DNA of 64,000 bases, taken from the NCBI GenBank assembly GCA_049643885.1, contig JBARQV010000028.1, positions 12,716 to 76,715 on the forward strand, in the 5' to 3' direction. The notes beneath the pieces are model-generated. The model was given only the letters and a program-made list of their open reading frames with translations, ran no database searches and was not told the DNA's origin. This document shows positions 37,968-46,489 of this stretch, in pieces. Position 1 is the stretch's first letter, and every line of letters begins with the position of its first letter. Source of the DNA: Candidatus Omnitrophota bacterium (GTDB lineage: Bacteria; Omnitrophota; Gorgyraeia; Tantalellales; Tantalellaceae). The translations under genes were made by a program, and so were the position numbers.

Positions 37968-38042
37968 TTGCCTGGCCTGTTCCTGCCAGGGACGTCCGGT
38001 TTCCCGTTGCTTATTTAGAATGTTTGTCCTGTTTTTACCGGG

Positions 38043-38358
38043 GACGTTCATTTTCCCCACCGAGGAAAATTCACTCGAAATTTTTCCTCGCTCTCCCTCA
38101 GGACCTTCGGTCCTTCGGGAACCATGGCCGCTCGGAAAAATTACGCCCCGTACAAAACAGAACAAACATTCAACTATGCAGCTTGTGAAATACGACCAAC
38201 GGATTACGGGTTTGTTGTTGCCAGTGGATGATCAACCCTTCGGAAGCGGGGCTTTAAATTTTTGAACGGGCAGGGATCCCGAAAGGCGAAGCCTTGAGGG
38301 AGAGTGAAAAAATTTTAGAGGACAATTTCCTCGCCGGGGAAATTGACCGTCCCCGCGA
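38043..38358. repeat. large imperfect nested palindrome / structured element (two ~75-nt inverted arms around a ~165-nt core)
   Basis: Arm 38043-38115 (GGGGACGTTCATTTTCCCCACCGAGGAAAATTCACTCGAAATTTTTCCTCGCTCTCCCTCAGG...) is about 80% identical to the reverse complement of 38281-38358. Internal hairpins GGACC-TTCG-GGTCC and GAGGAAAATT/AATTTTTCCTC. TGGATGATCAACCCTTC (38225) is complementary to GAAGGGTTGATCATCCA (38361). Confidence 0.6.
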
Positions 38359-38497
38359 AAGAAGGGTTGATCATCCATGGAACACACAAATGAAGGCCTT
38401 TGGAAACCATTCCTGCTTGGAAACTTAAATCCCTGGTAGGAACGGACCAGGCAATAAACAACACGATGGACGATGGATGAACGACGATAGGCGAAGT

Positions 38498-38574
38498 TGG
38501 TAGCGGGGGACGGACTCGAACCGTCGACAACACGGGTATGAGCCGTGCGCTCTAGCCAGCTGAGCTACCCCGCC
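38498..38574 (-). tRNA. tRNA-Met (anticodon CAU), elongator-like; a tRNA-Ile2 (lysidine) identity is not excluded
   Basis: Reverse complement is GGCGGGGUAGCUCAGCUGGCUAGAGCGCACGGCUCAUACCCGUGUUGUCGACGGUUCGAGUCCGUCCCCCGCUACCA. Cloverleaf with 7-bp acceptor (G1-U72), D-arm GCUC/GAGC, anticodon stem CACGG/CCGUG, loop CUCAUAC, T-arm GACGG-UUCGAGU-CCGUC, encoded CCA. Confidence 0.85.
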
Positions 38575-38623
38575 GTGTGCCTGATATCATATTGAGGTTT
38601 CATTATATTGTAAAGAAATAAGT

Positions 38624-38652
38624 TTGTCAATTAAACATGGACAGCGTATAAT
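38624..38652 (+). promoter_or_regulatory. consensus-like sigma70 promoter (TTGTCA-N17-TATAAT)
   Basis: TTGTCA at 38624-38629; TATAAT at 38647-38652; GGGGGAGG RBS and ATG at 38683 follow. Confidence 0.55.
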
Positions 38653-38682
38653 AACAACTAAATAAACGGGGGGAGGTTGGCC

Positions 38683-38937
38683 ATGGTGGAACAGGAAATA
38701 GGAAAAATAACTCATTATTTCGGTCATATCAGCGTGGGGATCATCAAGCTTAGTGATACCCTTAAGGTCGGGGACAAGATCCGCGTCAAGGGTCACACTG
38801 ATGATTTTGAGCAGGTCGTTGATTCCATGCAGATCGAGCACGCCAATGTCACAGAAGCAAAAGCCGGGGATGCAGTCGGAATAAAAGTGGCGGGGAAAGT
38901 CCATCCTCATGACAAGGTCTATAAAGTAACTGAATAA
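38683..38937 (+). CDS. small EF-Tu domain-2-like beta-barrel protein
   Basis: MVEQEIGKITHYFGHISVGIIKLSDTLKVGDKIRVKGHTDDFEQVVDSMQIEHANVTEAKAGDAVGIKVAGKVHPHDKVY resembles translation-factor domain 2 barrels. Confidence 0.45.
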   Translation: MVEQEIGKITHYFGHISVGIIKLSDTLKVGDKIRVKGHTDDFEQVVDSMQIEHANVTEAKAGDAVGIKVAGKVHPHDKVYKVTE

Positions 38938-38949
38938 TAAAAGACATAC

Positions 38950-39816
38950 ATGATAAATGCGGAACAGAAAAAGCAGGTACTGGGGGCCCAGCAAGGGGAA
39001 ATAACCGAGTACCAGATATACAATAACCTTTCTTCGGGAATGCCGGAAGGGCCGAACAGGATTCTTCTTCAAGAAATAGCGAAAGACGAATTAAGACATT
39101 ATCAGTTCTGGAAGAAGTTTACCGGCGAAGATGTGAAGCCTTTACGGATAAAGATCTTTTTTTACATGTTTCTGGCAAAAGTGCTGGGTTTGAGTTTCAG
39201 CCTGAAGCTTATGGAAAGAGGCGAGGACACGGCCCAGGTAAATTACGGGCAGTTAAAATCCCTGGACCAAGATGTGGAAAGTGTGATCCGGGACGAAGAG
39301 AGGCACGAGAGAGAAGTCCTGGACCTTATAGATGAAGAGAAACTTAAATATGTCGGCTCGATCATCCTGGGCCTCAATGACGCACTGGTCGAACTCTTAG
39401 GCGCGCTATCAGGGTTCACCCTGGCCTTACAGAACACCCGGCTCATCGCAATAGTCGGGCTTATCACCGGCATTGCCGCGGCCATGTCCATGGCCGGCTC
39501 CGAGTACTTGTCTTCAAAGGAAGAGGGGGACAAGGACCCTAAAAAGGCCAGCATTTACACAGGATTGGCCTATATAATGGCCGTCTGTTTTCTGATCTTT
39601 CCGTTTTTTCTTTTTAAAAATCCCTTTCTCAGCCTCGGTACATCGGTCTCCTTTGCCGCGCTGATTATTTTCATGTTCACGTTTTACACTTCGGTCGCAA
39701 AAAACATGGATTTTAAGGGCAAGTTCAGGGAGATGATAAGCATAAGCCTGGGAGTAGCCGCCCTAAGCTTCCTTGTAGGCCTGGCGGTAAGGTATTTTTT
39801 CCACATAGATACCTAA
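38950..39816 (+). CDS. ferritin-like (erythrin) domain fused to a VIT1/CCC1-family iron transporter
   Basis: N-terminal ferritin-like ExxH (DELRHYQFW, DEERHEREVL); C-terminal VIT membrane domain with GLNDALVELLGALSGF. Confidence 0.75.
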   Translation: MINAEQKKQVLGAQQGEITEYQIYNNLSSGMPEGPNRILLQEIAKDELRHYQFWKKFTGEDVKPLRIKIFFYMFLAKVLGLSFSLKLMERGEDTAQVNYGQLKSLDQDVESVIRDEERHEREVLDLIDEEKLKYVGSIILGLNDALVELLGALSGFTLALQNTRLIAIVGLITGIAAAMSMAGSEYLSSKEEGDKDPKKASIYTGLAYIMAVCFLIFPFFLFKNPFLSLGTSVSFAALIIFMFTFYTSVAKNMDFKGKFREMISISLGVAALSFLVGLAVRYFFHIDT

Positions 39817-39820
39817 AGAT

Positions 39821-40344
39821 ATGATCATGAGTGGAGCCATAGAGATCCTGGCGCTCGCGGTCTTGATAATATTCGGTCTGGCGGGATTTATTGCCGTCTT
39901 CTTTACCACTTTCGGTACCTTAATAATTCTTATTGGAACTATTCCTTACGCCCTCTTGACCAAGTTCTCGATAATTACGTTAAAGACCCTCTTTATCCTT
40001 TTTTTGATCTATGTATTCGGTGAAATATTGGAATACGTGTTTATTATTCCCGGGGCAAGAAGCTCGGCGCGTCAAATGCCGCGGTAACGGACGCATTGGT
40101 GGGAGGCGTCCTGGGAGCTATCGCCGGGACCGCCGCTTTCGGGGTAGGGGTCTTTATCGGGGCCTTGCTCGGGATATTCATCGGAGCCTTTTTGGTAGAG
40201 CTCTTTATTCACAAGGACCTGATCAGATCGTTCAAAGCCGGGGCCGGGGGCGTTCTGGGCAGGGTCGGTTCTATCGCGGCCAAGGTGGTGATATTACTGG
40301 TCATGTTTTATGTCATGATATCCAATATCCTGGCTTTCTACTGA
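39821..40344 (+). pseudogene. DUF456 family membrane protein interrupted by a frameshift at a CCCGGGG run (~40049-40056)
   Basis: Frame 2 reads ...IIPGARSSARQMPR*; the frame opening at 40024 continues RGKKLGASNAAVTDALVGGVLGAIAGTAAFG..., the conserved DUF456 core. The two halves are 39821-40087 and 40024/40096-40344. Confidence 0.6.
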
Positions 40345-40403
40345 GCGGCAATATTTTTTTAGGAAATTTGCTTTCCCGATATCTTTATGATATCCTTTTA
40401 TAA

Positions 40404-40434
40404 ATCTAACTTCTTCTGTTAAATGAAGTTAGAT
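40404..40434. promoter_or_regulatory. perfect 10-bp inverted repeat (ATCTAACTTC-N11-GAAGTTAGAT), candidate operator about 40 nt upstream of the start codon
   Basis: Perfect 10-bp arms at 40404-40413 and 40425-40434. It shares the GATCTAACTT word seen at 7376 and 26494. Confidence 0.4.
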
Positions 40435-40473
40435 CAGTTGGCAGGATATAAAAAGCAAGAGAAAGGATCCGGC

Positions 40474-40809
40474 ATGAAAAAAATGATAGTAGCTTTGATC
40501 GTATTATGTCTCTCTATCCCAGGAATTTCCTTGGCACAGACTACCGGCGCGAAACAGGGGCCTGTAGTTCAATCCGGACCGGTGAGAAGAGGGGCTACAA
40601 GGACTGCTCCGGCCGCGGCCGGCCCGCGTCGTTCGTTTGGCCTGATGATGGGGATATTGACCAGCAGCAAGATGGTTTCTTCGGACGATGGTGTGATCAT
40701 TATGGTGGGCAACAAGCTTCTCAAGTACGACAAGGATCTGAACCTGCTGAAGGAAGTAGAGGTAAAGATCGACATGGATGAGTACGAGAAGATGATGTCG
40801 GGCGAGTGA
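40474..40809 (+). CDS. small secreted hypothetical protein (ORF track start 40423)
   Basis: MKKMIVALIVLCLSIPGISLA signal peptide; Pro/Ala-rich linker. Confidence 0.45.
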   Translation: MKKMIVALIVLCLSIPGISLAQTTGAKQGPVVQSGPVRRGATRTAPAAAGPRRSFGLMMGILTSSKMVSSDDGVIIMVGNKLLKYDKDLNLLKEVEVKIDMDEYEKMMSGE

Positions 40810-40829
40810 TCTTCACTAAGACGTTTCCA

Positions 40830-41297
40830 ATGAAAAAAACATTTCTTTTTCTGTCCGCGACTGTATTTTTTTCCATAGTTTGTTTTGTCCAAGGCGAGGC
40901 CCTCGAGAATATTTCATATGCTAATCTGACAAATGACCTGAAAAAAGAGATGATCGTGGAAAAAACTATATCGCCCAAAGAAGGCCTGAGCGAGACCAAG
41001 GTAAGCATTTACAAACGCACGAACGATGAAACATTGAAACTTATCTGGAGCGGCATTAAACATCTGGGTTTTTTAAGCGTCCTTGACAGGCTCCCGCCGT
41101 ATGAGGATACTCTGGAACTCCCGTTCTGTCTTGTATCTGACATATCCATGATCGATATTGACGAAGACGGGGTCATGGAGATAAAGATGACCACTAAAAA
41201 AGTCTATTACGACCGGACCCGGAGCAGAATAGTAGAGGAAAGGCCGGTTCACACCAGGATCTTTTCTTGGGACGTGGATGACCAGAGATACGAGTAG
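40830..41297 (+). CDS. secreted hypothetical protein (ORF track start 40806)
   Basis: MKKTFLFLSATVFFSIVCFVQG signal peptide; no family recognised. Confidence 0.45.
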   Translation: MKKTFLFLSATVFFSIVCFVQGEALENISYANLTNDLKKEMIVEKTISPKEGLSETKVSIYKRTNDETLKLIWSGIKHLGFLSVLDRLPPYEDTLELPFCLVSDISMIDIDEDGVMEIKMTTKKVYYDRTRSRIVEERPVHTRIFSWDVDDQRYE

Positions 41298-41305
41298 ACC
41301 CGCCC

Positions 41306-42421
41306 TTGCTATATTTTATTTATAGTAGTATTATATACTTGAACTTAAAACCGGGAGAACATATGATCGAGGCAATGGTCCTATTCCTGCTTGTAATCCT
41401 CATAATCCTAGCGGTTTTCATCTTGTGGAGGACGACAAAGAAAGACAACACCAAGGATAAATTGGAAGCCCTCCTTAACGAGCGGTTTATCGATTTTTCG
41501 GATCGCCTCAGGCAATCCATGGAATCGACCCGCCAGGAAGTCGAACGGTCAAAGGATGCTCTTTCAAGCGGTACTGTCAAGACCCTGGAGCACATCAAAG
41601 GCATGAGCGAGACGGTAAACAACCTGGTGAGACAGCAGGAAAAGGTCCAGCAGCTGGGGCAATCGCTTGAGTACCTGCTCCAGACGCCGAAGCTAAGGGG
41701 CAGTTACGGCGAGGTCATACTTGAAGAGATGCTGGAAAGGGTATTGCCCAGGGGGATCTGGGAGAAACAATACATGATAGAAGGGAATGAAAGGGTAGAC
41801 GCTGTAGTAAAATACAAGGACGTCATTATACCGATAGACTCGAAGTTTCCCAAGGATGACTACCAGAAATATCTTGCTGTCACCAGCCCCCAGGAGAAAA
41901 AGCTACACTGGGCCAATTATGAAAAAGCCCTGAAAATCCAGATAAATTCGATAAAAGACAAGTATATCAAACCTGAGAAGGGCACTACCGATTTCGCGCT
42001 TTTATTCATCCCTTCCGAAGCGATCTATTACGAGACCATCGCCGAGAAAAATTATCTCGGTGATCCGTGCAATATCTACGAGTACGCTGCCAGGCAGAAA
42101 GTGATCCCGGTAAGCCCCAATACTTTTTATGCCTTCCTGCAGGTCATTATCCTGGGCATAAGGAATATCGAGGTCGCCAGGGAAGCCAAGAAACTGCAGG
42201 AATCCCTTTCCAGGATAGAGAAGGATTTTTCCTTTTTCCACAACAAGTTCGAACAGATCGGGAAAGCTCTCGCCGGCGCGAGCAAGGCATATGAGACCGG
42301 GGAGGGGCATATAAAGCGCTTCAAGAAAAACCTTGAATCGACTTTGAAGCTGGAAAAGAATTTTCTGGACGACACCGAACGCGAACTTCTTGTCGAGCAT
42401 AAAGCGGATGACAGTGGCTGA
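41306..42421 (+). CDS. rmuC: DNA recombination protein RmuC (likely start 41363)
   Basis: N-terminal TM, long coiled coil, KLRGSYGEVILEEML...DAVVKY...IPIDSKFP...ALLFIPSEA RmuC core. Confidence 0.75.
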   Translation: MLYFIYSSIIYLNLKPGEHMIEAMVLFLLVILIILAVFILWRTTKKDNTKDKLEALLNERFIDFSDRLRQSMESTRQEVERSKDALSSGTVKTLEHIKGMSETVNNLVRQQEKVQQLGQSLEYLLQTPKLRGSYGEVILEEMLERVLPRGIWEKQYMIEGNERVDAVVKYKDVIIPIDSKFPKDDYQKYLAVTSPQEKKLHWANYEKALKIQINSIKDKYIKPEKGTTDFALLFIPSEAIYYETIAEKNYLGDPCNIYEYAARQKVIPVSPNTFYAFLQVIILGIRNIEVAREAKKLQESLSRIEKDFSFFHNKFEQIGKALAGASKAYETGEGHIKRFKKNLESTLKLEKNFLDDTERELLVEHKADDSG

Positions 42422-42432
42422 CGACAGGAGAG

Positions 42433-43452
42433 ATGTTGATGCGCAAAGAGGCCATGTTGTGGGAAAAGCTGGAAGGGGACAAAGTTCATTGTTATCTTTG
42501 CGCTCATCACTGCAAGATAGAAGAAGGGCGTTTCGGTTTCTGCGGGATGAGAAAAAACATCGAGGGCAAGCTTTACACTTTTGCCTACGGTGAAGTGATC
42601 GCCAGCCACGTCGATCCTATAGAAAAAAAACCTTTTTACCATTTCCTTCCCGGGACATACGCTTTTTCCATCGCCACGATAGGCTGCAACTTCCATTGCC
42701 CGTTCTGCCAGAACTGGACGATCTCCCAGGTCTCGGCAAGGAATGGAGGGGTCGAGGGTTATGAGCTCAAACCGGAAAAAGTGGTGAGCGAGGCCCTGCG
42801 CAACGGCTGCAGGAGTATTTCCTATACTTACACGGAGCCTACGGTTTTTTTTGAATACGCCTACGATACCGCTAAGCTGGCAAAAGAAAAGGGCCTGTTC
42901 AACAATTTCGTGACCAACGGCTATATGACCAAAGAGGCGATAGACGCGATCGGCCCCTACCTGGACGCGGCGAATGTAGATCTTAAATATTTCAGGGACG
43001 AGTCTTACCGGAAGATCTGTAAAGGAAGCCTTCAGCCGGTCCTGGATTCGATCCGTAACATGAAAAAAGCCGGGATATGGGTCGAGGTGACGACCCTGGT
43101 CATCCCGGGGCAGAACGACTCGGATGAAGAATTGAAAGACATCGCATCCTTTATAGCGGAGACCGGGAAAGAGGTCCCCTGGCATATTTCAAGGTTCCAT
43201 CCCGATTATAAATTTACCGAAAGCCGTCCAACGCCCCTGGGCACGCTGGAAAGGGCCATGGAGATCGGCAGGGAAGCGGGACTGAAATACGTGTATCTCG
43301 GTAACGTTATGGCCGGAGGCCAGACCCTTTGTCCCGGGTGCGGGGTCCTTCTCGTGGAAAGATCCGGTTTTACGGCGAGGTCGACCGGCAATTTCGCAAA
43401 GGGCAAATGCGCCGGGTGCGGCACGCAGATCGAGGGCGTGTGGGAAGAGTAG
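42433..43452 (+). CDS. amrS: AmmeMemoRadiSam-system-type radical SAM enzyme (AmrS / PflA-like)
   Basis: CYLCAHHC...FCGMR N-terminal Cys cluster, DPIEKKPFYHF, radical SAM CNFHCPFCQNW, C-terminal CPGCG...CAGCG. Confidence 0.75.
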   Translation: MLMRKEAMLWEKLEGDKVHCYLCAHHCKIEEGRFGFCGMRKNIEGKLYTFAYGEVIASHVDPIEKKPFYHFLPGTYAFSIATIGCNFHCPFCQNWTISQVSARNGGVEGYELKPEKVVSEALRNGCRSISYTYTEPTVFFEYAYDTAKLAKEKGLFNNFVTNGYMTKEAIDAIGPYLDAANVDLKYFRDESYRKICKGSLQPVLDSIRNMKKAGIWVEVTTLVIPGQNDSDEELKDIASFIAETGKEVPWHISRFHPDYKFTESRPTPLGTLERAMEIGREAGLKYVYLGNVMAGGQTLCPGCGVLLVERSGFTARSTGNFAKGKCAGCGTQIEGVWEE

Positions 43453-43465
43453 AAAGGAGAAACGG

Positions 43466-44644
43466 TTGAAGAAACTCGGCATCATCCTTCTTGTGTTTTT
43501 GGTCATTTTCGCAGGCATAATATATTATTTCCGTTTCGAGATATTCCAGCATTCCGCTGAAGCGATAGTAAGGAAAAATCTGCCGCCGTACGTCACGGTA
43601 CAGAACATCCTGTTCAACCTCAAAGAAGATCTTCTGGAGGTCAAAGGCCTGGGTATCAAAAACCCTAAAGGATACAGGGCTAAAGATCTTGCAACGGTCG
43701 GTTCCATTACCTGCCGTTACAAGATGAAGGGCAAGAATATACTTGACGGCATAAAGGTCACCGAGATAGTGACCCGCGGTTTTGTGATAAACATCGAGCG
43801 GCTGCCGGATGGACGCTTAAATATCAACGAGATGGATAAGGTGATGGAGACCGGGAAGAAAGCGGGGGATAGCAAGGTGAAAGCCCCCGGGGAAGAAGGC
43901 GGTAAAAGCGCTTTCAGGAAGGATATATCGGATATCATCGAATTGACTAAAACTATAGATATAAGGGACGGCAGGGTCGTGTTTACCGATGAAGCCGTGA
44001 CCTCGCCCCCTTACACGCTGACGTTCGATAATATAAACGGGCAGCTTGATCTGACACTGGCGGGTGATTACCGCAGCGTTAATTACGTGTCAAGCCGTGG
44101 CGGCGGGGTCCTGAACGGCGATCCTTCGCAAAGGATAAACTGGGTTGTATCTCTTGATCCGAAAAAAGAGCGTCTTACCATGTCGAACAGGTATGAGGTG
44201 AGCGATCTGAATGTTCTTTTGTTCAGGCCTTATTACGACAGGTACTCGCCGATAGATATAAAAAAGTGCAGGGTTTCGGGGACGCTTGTATTTGATTTCA
44301 ATAGCGGCAATATCGGTTCCATGAACACATTGAGGCTGAGCGATTTGCGGTTTGAGGTCAAGAGGGATGCTTCCGGGGTAGGCTTTTGGGAAGCGTCGAT
44401 ACCCGAGATCATTGAATATTTAAGAACTTCATCTGGTGAGATCGTTTTCGATTTCAAAATAAAGGGTGACATGAATAACCCGAGATTTTATCCCGGTCCT
44501 CACCTTAAACAGGCAATACAGATGAAGGTAGTTGACACGATAGCCGACGCTCTTGCTCCGAAAGAGGAAGGGCAAGGCGGAGTGGCGGGCAAAAGCGACG
44601 CGGAACAGGTCGTGGATGTATTCAGGGAGTTGTTGAAAAGATAA
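43466..44644 (+). CDS. membrane-anchored hypothetical protein
   Basis: N-terminal TM LGIILLVFLVIFAGIIYYF and a large soluble domain; no confident family. Confidence 0.4.
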   Translation: MKKLGIILLVFLVIFAGIIYYFRFEIFQHSAEAIVRKNLPPYVTVQNILFNLKEDLLEVKGLGIKNPKGYRAKDLATVGSITCRYKMKGKNILDGIKVTEIVTRGFVINIERLPDGRLNINEMDKVMETGKKAGDSKVKAPGEEGGKSAFRKDISDIIELTKTIDIRDGRVVFTDEAVTSPPYTLTFDNINGQLDLTLAGDYRSVNYVSSRGGGVLNGDPSQRINWVVSLDPKKERLTMSNRYEVSDLNVLLFRPYYDRYSPIDIKKCRVSGTLVFDFNSGNIGSMNTLRLSDLRFEVKRDASGVGFWEASIPEIIEYLRTSSGEIVFDFKIKGDMNNPRFYPGPHLKQAIQMKVVDTIADALAPKEEGQGGVAGKSDAEQVVDVFRELLKR

Positions 44645-44664
44645 GAAAGGGGGCGTCAGCGGAA

Positions 44665-45207
44665 ATGAGGTTCAGGAAATATTTCATGGTCGTTATCTTT
44701 TTATCGATTCTATTTTGCGCGGGTCTGTTCTTTCCCGGGAGCGCTCTGGGATTGGAGCTTACCAGCCCTGCTTTTAAAGACGGCGAAGTTATCCCGGAAG
44801 AATATACCTGCAAAGGAGAGGACATCTCGCCCGCTTTAAACTGGAACGATGTGCCCGAAGGGACAAAGAGCTTCGTGCTTATAATGGACGATCCTGACGC
44901 CCCGATGGGGACCTGGATCCACTGGGTGATCTACAATATCCCGGGCGATGCCGGCGGGCTGGAGAAGAACGTACAGCCTGAATTTCTTTTAGGCAGGGGG
45001 ATAATGCAGGGCATTAACAGTTTCAGAAGGCCCGGTTACGGCGCTCCCTGTCCTCCGCCCGGCCCGGCGCACCGTTATTTTTTCAAATTGTACGCGCTTG
45101 ATACGACGCTTGGCCTTCGTCCCGGGGCGAGCAAGGGAGATGTCATGCGGGCCATACAGGGCCATATCCTTGAGAGCGCCCAGATCATAGGATCGTTTAA
45201 GAGATGA
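44665..45207 (+). CDS. YbhB/YbcL family Raf-kinase-inhibitor-like protein (PEBP), secreted
   Basis: Signal peptide; YTCKGEDISPALNW...LIMDDPDAP...WIHWVIYNIP...PPPGPAHRYFFKLYALD. Confidence 0.8.
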   Translation: MRFRKYFMVVIFLSILFCAGLFFPGSALGLELTSPAFKDGEVIPEEYTCKGEDISPALNWNDVPEGTKSFVLIMDDPDAPMGTWIHWVIYNIPGDAGGLEKNVQPEFLLGRGIMQGINSFRRPGYGAPCPPPGPAHRYFFKLYALDTTLGLRPGASKGDVMRAIQGHILESAQIIGSFKR

Positions 45208-45920
45208 AGCTATACGGAAAGAATCCTATTCTTGAACGCATCAAGTCGGACCCTGGGTCTATCCGGAAATTATATCTGCAGAAAAGGGTGGATCTTTCCG
45301 GGATAGTCCGTGAAGCGAAAAACGCGGGGCTTGAATTTGAATCCGTGGACAAGGCTAAAATGCTTCAGATGAGCGGGAAAACGCATGCCCAGGGTGTATT
45401 GGCCGTAGTGAAAGAGTTTGAATACACTCCTTTCCCGGAGATCATTTCAGGATGTATCGATTCGGGCACGGTCCCCGTCTTCCTGGACAGGGTGACCGAT
45501 CCGCAAAATCTTGGGTCTATCATCCGCAGCCTGGCATGTCTCGGAGGTTTTTCCGTAGTTTTGCCGGAATATGAATCCGCGCAGGTCAACGAGACCGTTC
45601 TGCGTGTGGCAAACGGCGGGGAGAATTATTTAAATGTAGCAAAAGTGGCAAATACAGCCCGCGCTTTAAAACAGGCTAAAGATCGGGGCATAAGGATAGT
45701 CGGTGCCGTGACGGAAGGCGCTGCCGAAATAACAGGGACGGACTTCACGTTCCCTATGGCCATAGTCATAGGGTCGGAGGGGAAGGGCCTGCGTCCCGGC
45801 GTTACGAAATACCTGGATGCGGGTGTTTCATTGCCGATGCGGGGGGCGGAACTTTCTTTTAATGTTGCGGTGGCGACCGCGCTATTTTGTTACGAGGTAA
45901 ATCGCAGGAGGCTTATATGA
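45204..45920 (+). CDS. rlmB: TrmH-family (SpoU) RNA 2'-O-methyltransferase, RlmB-like
   Basis: SpoU substrate-binding N-terminus (NPILERIKSDP); SPOUT motifs DRVTDPQNLGSIIRS, IVIGSEGKGL. Confidence 0.7.
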   Translation: MKLYGKNPILERIKSDPGSIRKLYLQKRVDLSGIVREAKNAGLEFESVDKAKMLQMSGKTHAQGVLAVVKEFEYTPFPEIISGCIDSGTVPVFLDRVTDPQNLGSIIRSLACLGGFSVVLPEYESAQVNETVLRVANGGENYLNVAKVANTARALKQAKDRGIRIVGAVTEGAAEITGTDFTFPMAIVIGSEGKGLRPGVTKYLDAGVSLPMRGAELSFNVAVATALFCYEVNRRRLI

Positions 45921-46489
45921 ATAACGATATTCTGGACTTTATTGCCGAAGCGGGGAAACTGAAGCAGATCAAGAGAAGCGGCTGGTGGATGGTCGGTATT
46001 CCCTGCGAAGAAAGTGTGGCGGGACACAGTTTTCGGTGCGCGGTCCTGGGATATGTCCTGGCAAAGATGGAGAGTGCGGACCCCTACAAGGTCCTCATGA
46101 TGACGCTTTTCAATGATCTTCATGAAGCCAGGATGAACGATCTGCACAAAGTGGCTAACAGGTATTTGAACACGAAAGAAGCGGAAAAGAAGGCCTTTGG
46201 CGAGCAGGTCGAGCGGTTGGACCAGGCGCTGCGGGAAGAGCTGGAAAGTCTAAGGGAAGAGTACGACGTGCAGAAGAGCCCTGAAAGCATAATAGCCCGG
46301 GATGCCGATATCCTTGAATGCCTGGTGCAGGCCAAGGAATATTATGACCAGGGATTTAAAAACGCGGAAAAATTTTTCAAAAAAGCCCCGGAGCATCTGG
46401 TGACGGAATCCGCGAGAACCTTATGGGAAAAAGCGAAGAAATGGGACAGTAACGAGTGGTGGGTAAGGCTGAGCGCCTTTGAGAGGTGA
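45908..46489 (+). CDS. HD-domain phosphohydrolase (YfbR-like)
   Basis: HSFRCAVLGYVLA...LFNDLHEARMNDL HD motif. Confidence 0.6.
   Translation, partial: EAYMNNDILDFIAEAGKLKQIKRSGWWMVGIPCEESVAGHSFRCAVLGYVLAKMESADPYKVLMMTLFNDLHEARMNDLHKVANRYLNTKEAEKKAFGEQVERLDQALREELESLREEYDVQKSPESIIARDADILECLVQAKEYYDQGFKNAEKFFKKAPEHLVTESARTLWEKAKKWDSNEWWVRLSAFER

Noticed and set aside
37924-38265. 113-aa plus-strand ORF (and minus-strand ORFs 37965-38165 and 38315-38533) in the mnmA-tRNA gap
   Set aside because: They run through the nested palindrome and overlap the tRNA. There is no RBS, composition is poor, and the translations are low-complexity. I treat the region as non-coding.
38498-38574. Initiator (fMet) identity for the tRNA
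   Set aside because: It has a G1-U72 pair rather than a 1:72 mismatch, C11-G24 rather than A11-U24, and a C29-G41 pair. These are elongator-type features; tRNA-Ile2 cannot be excluded from sequence alone.
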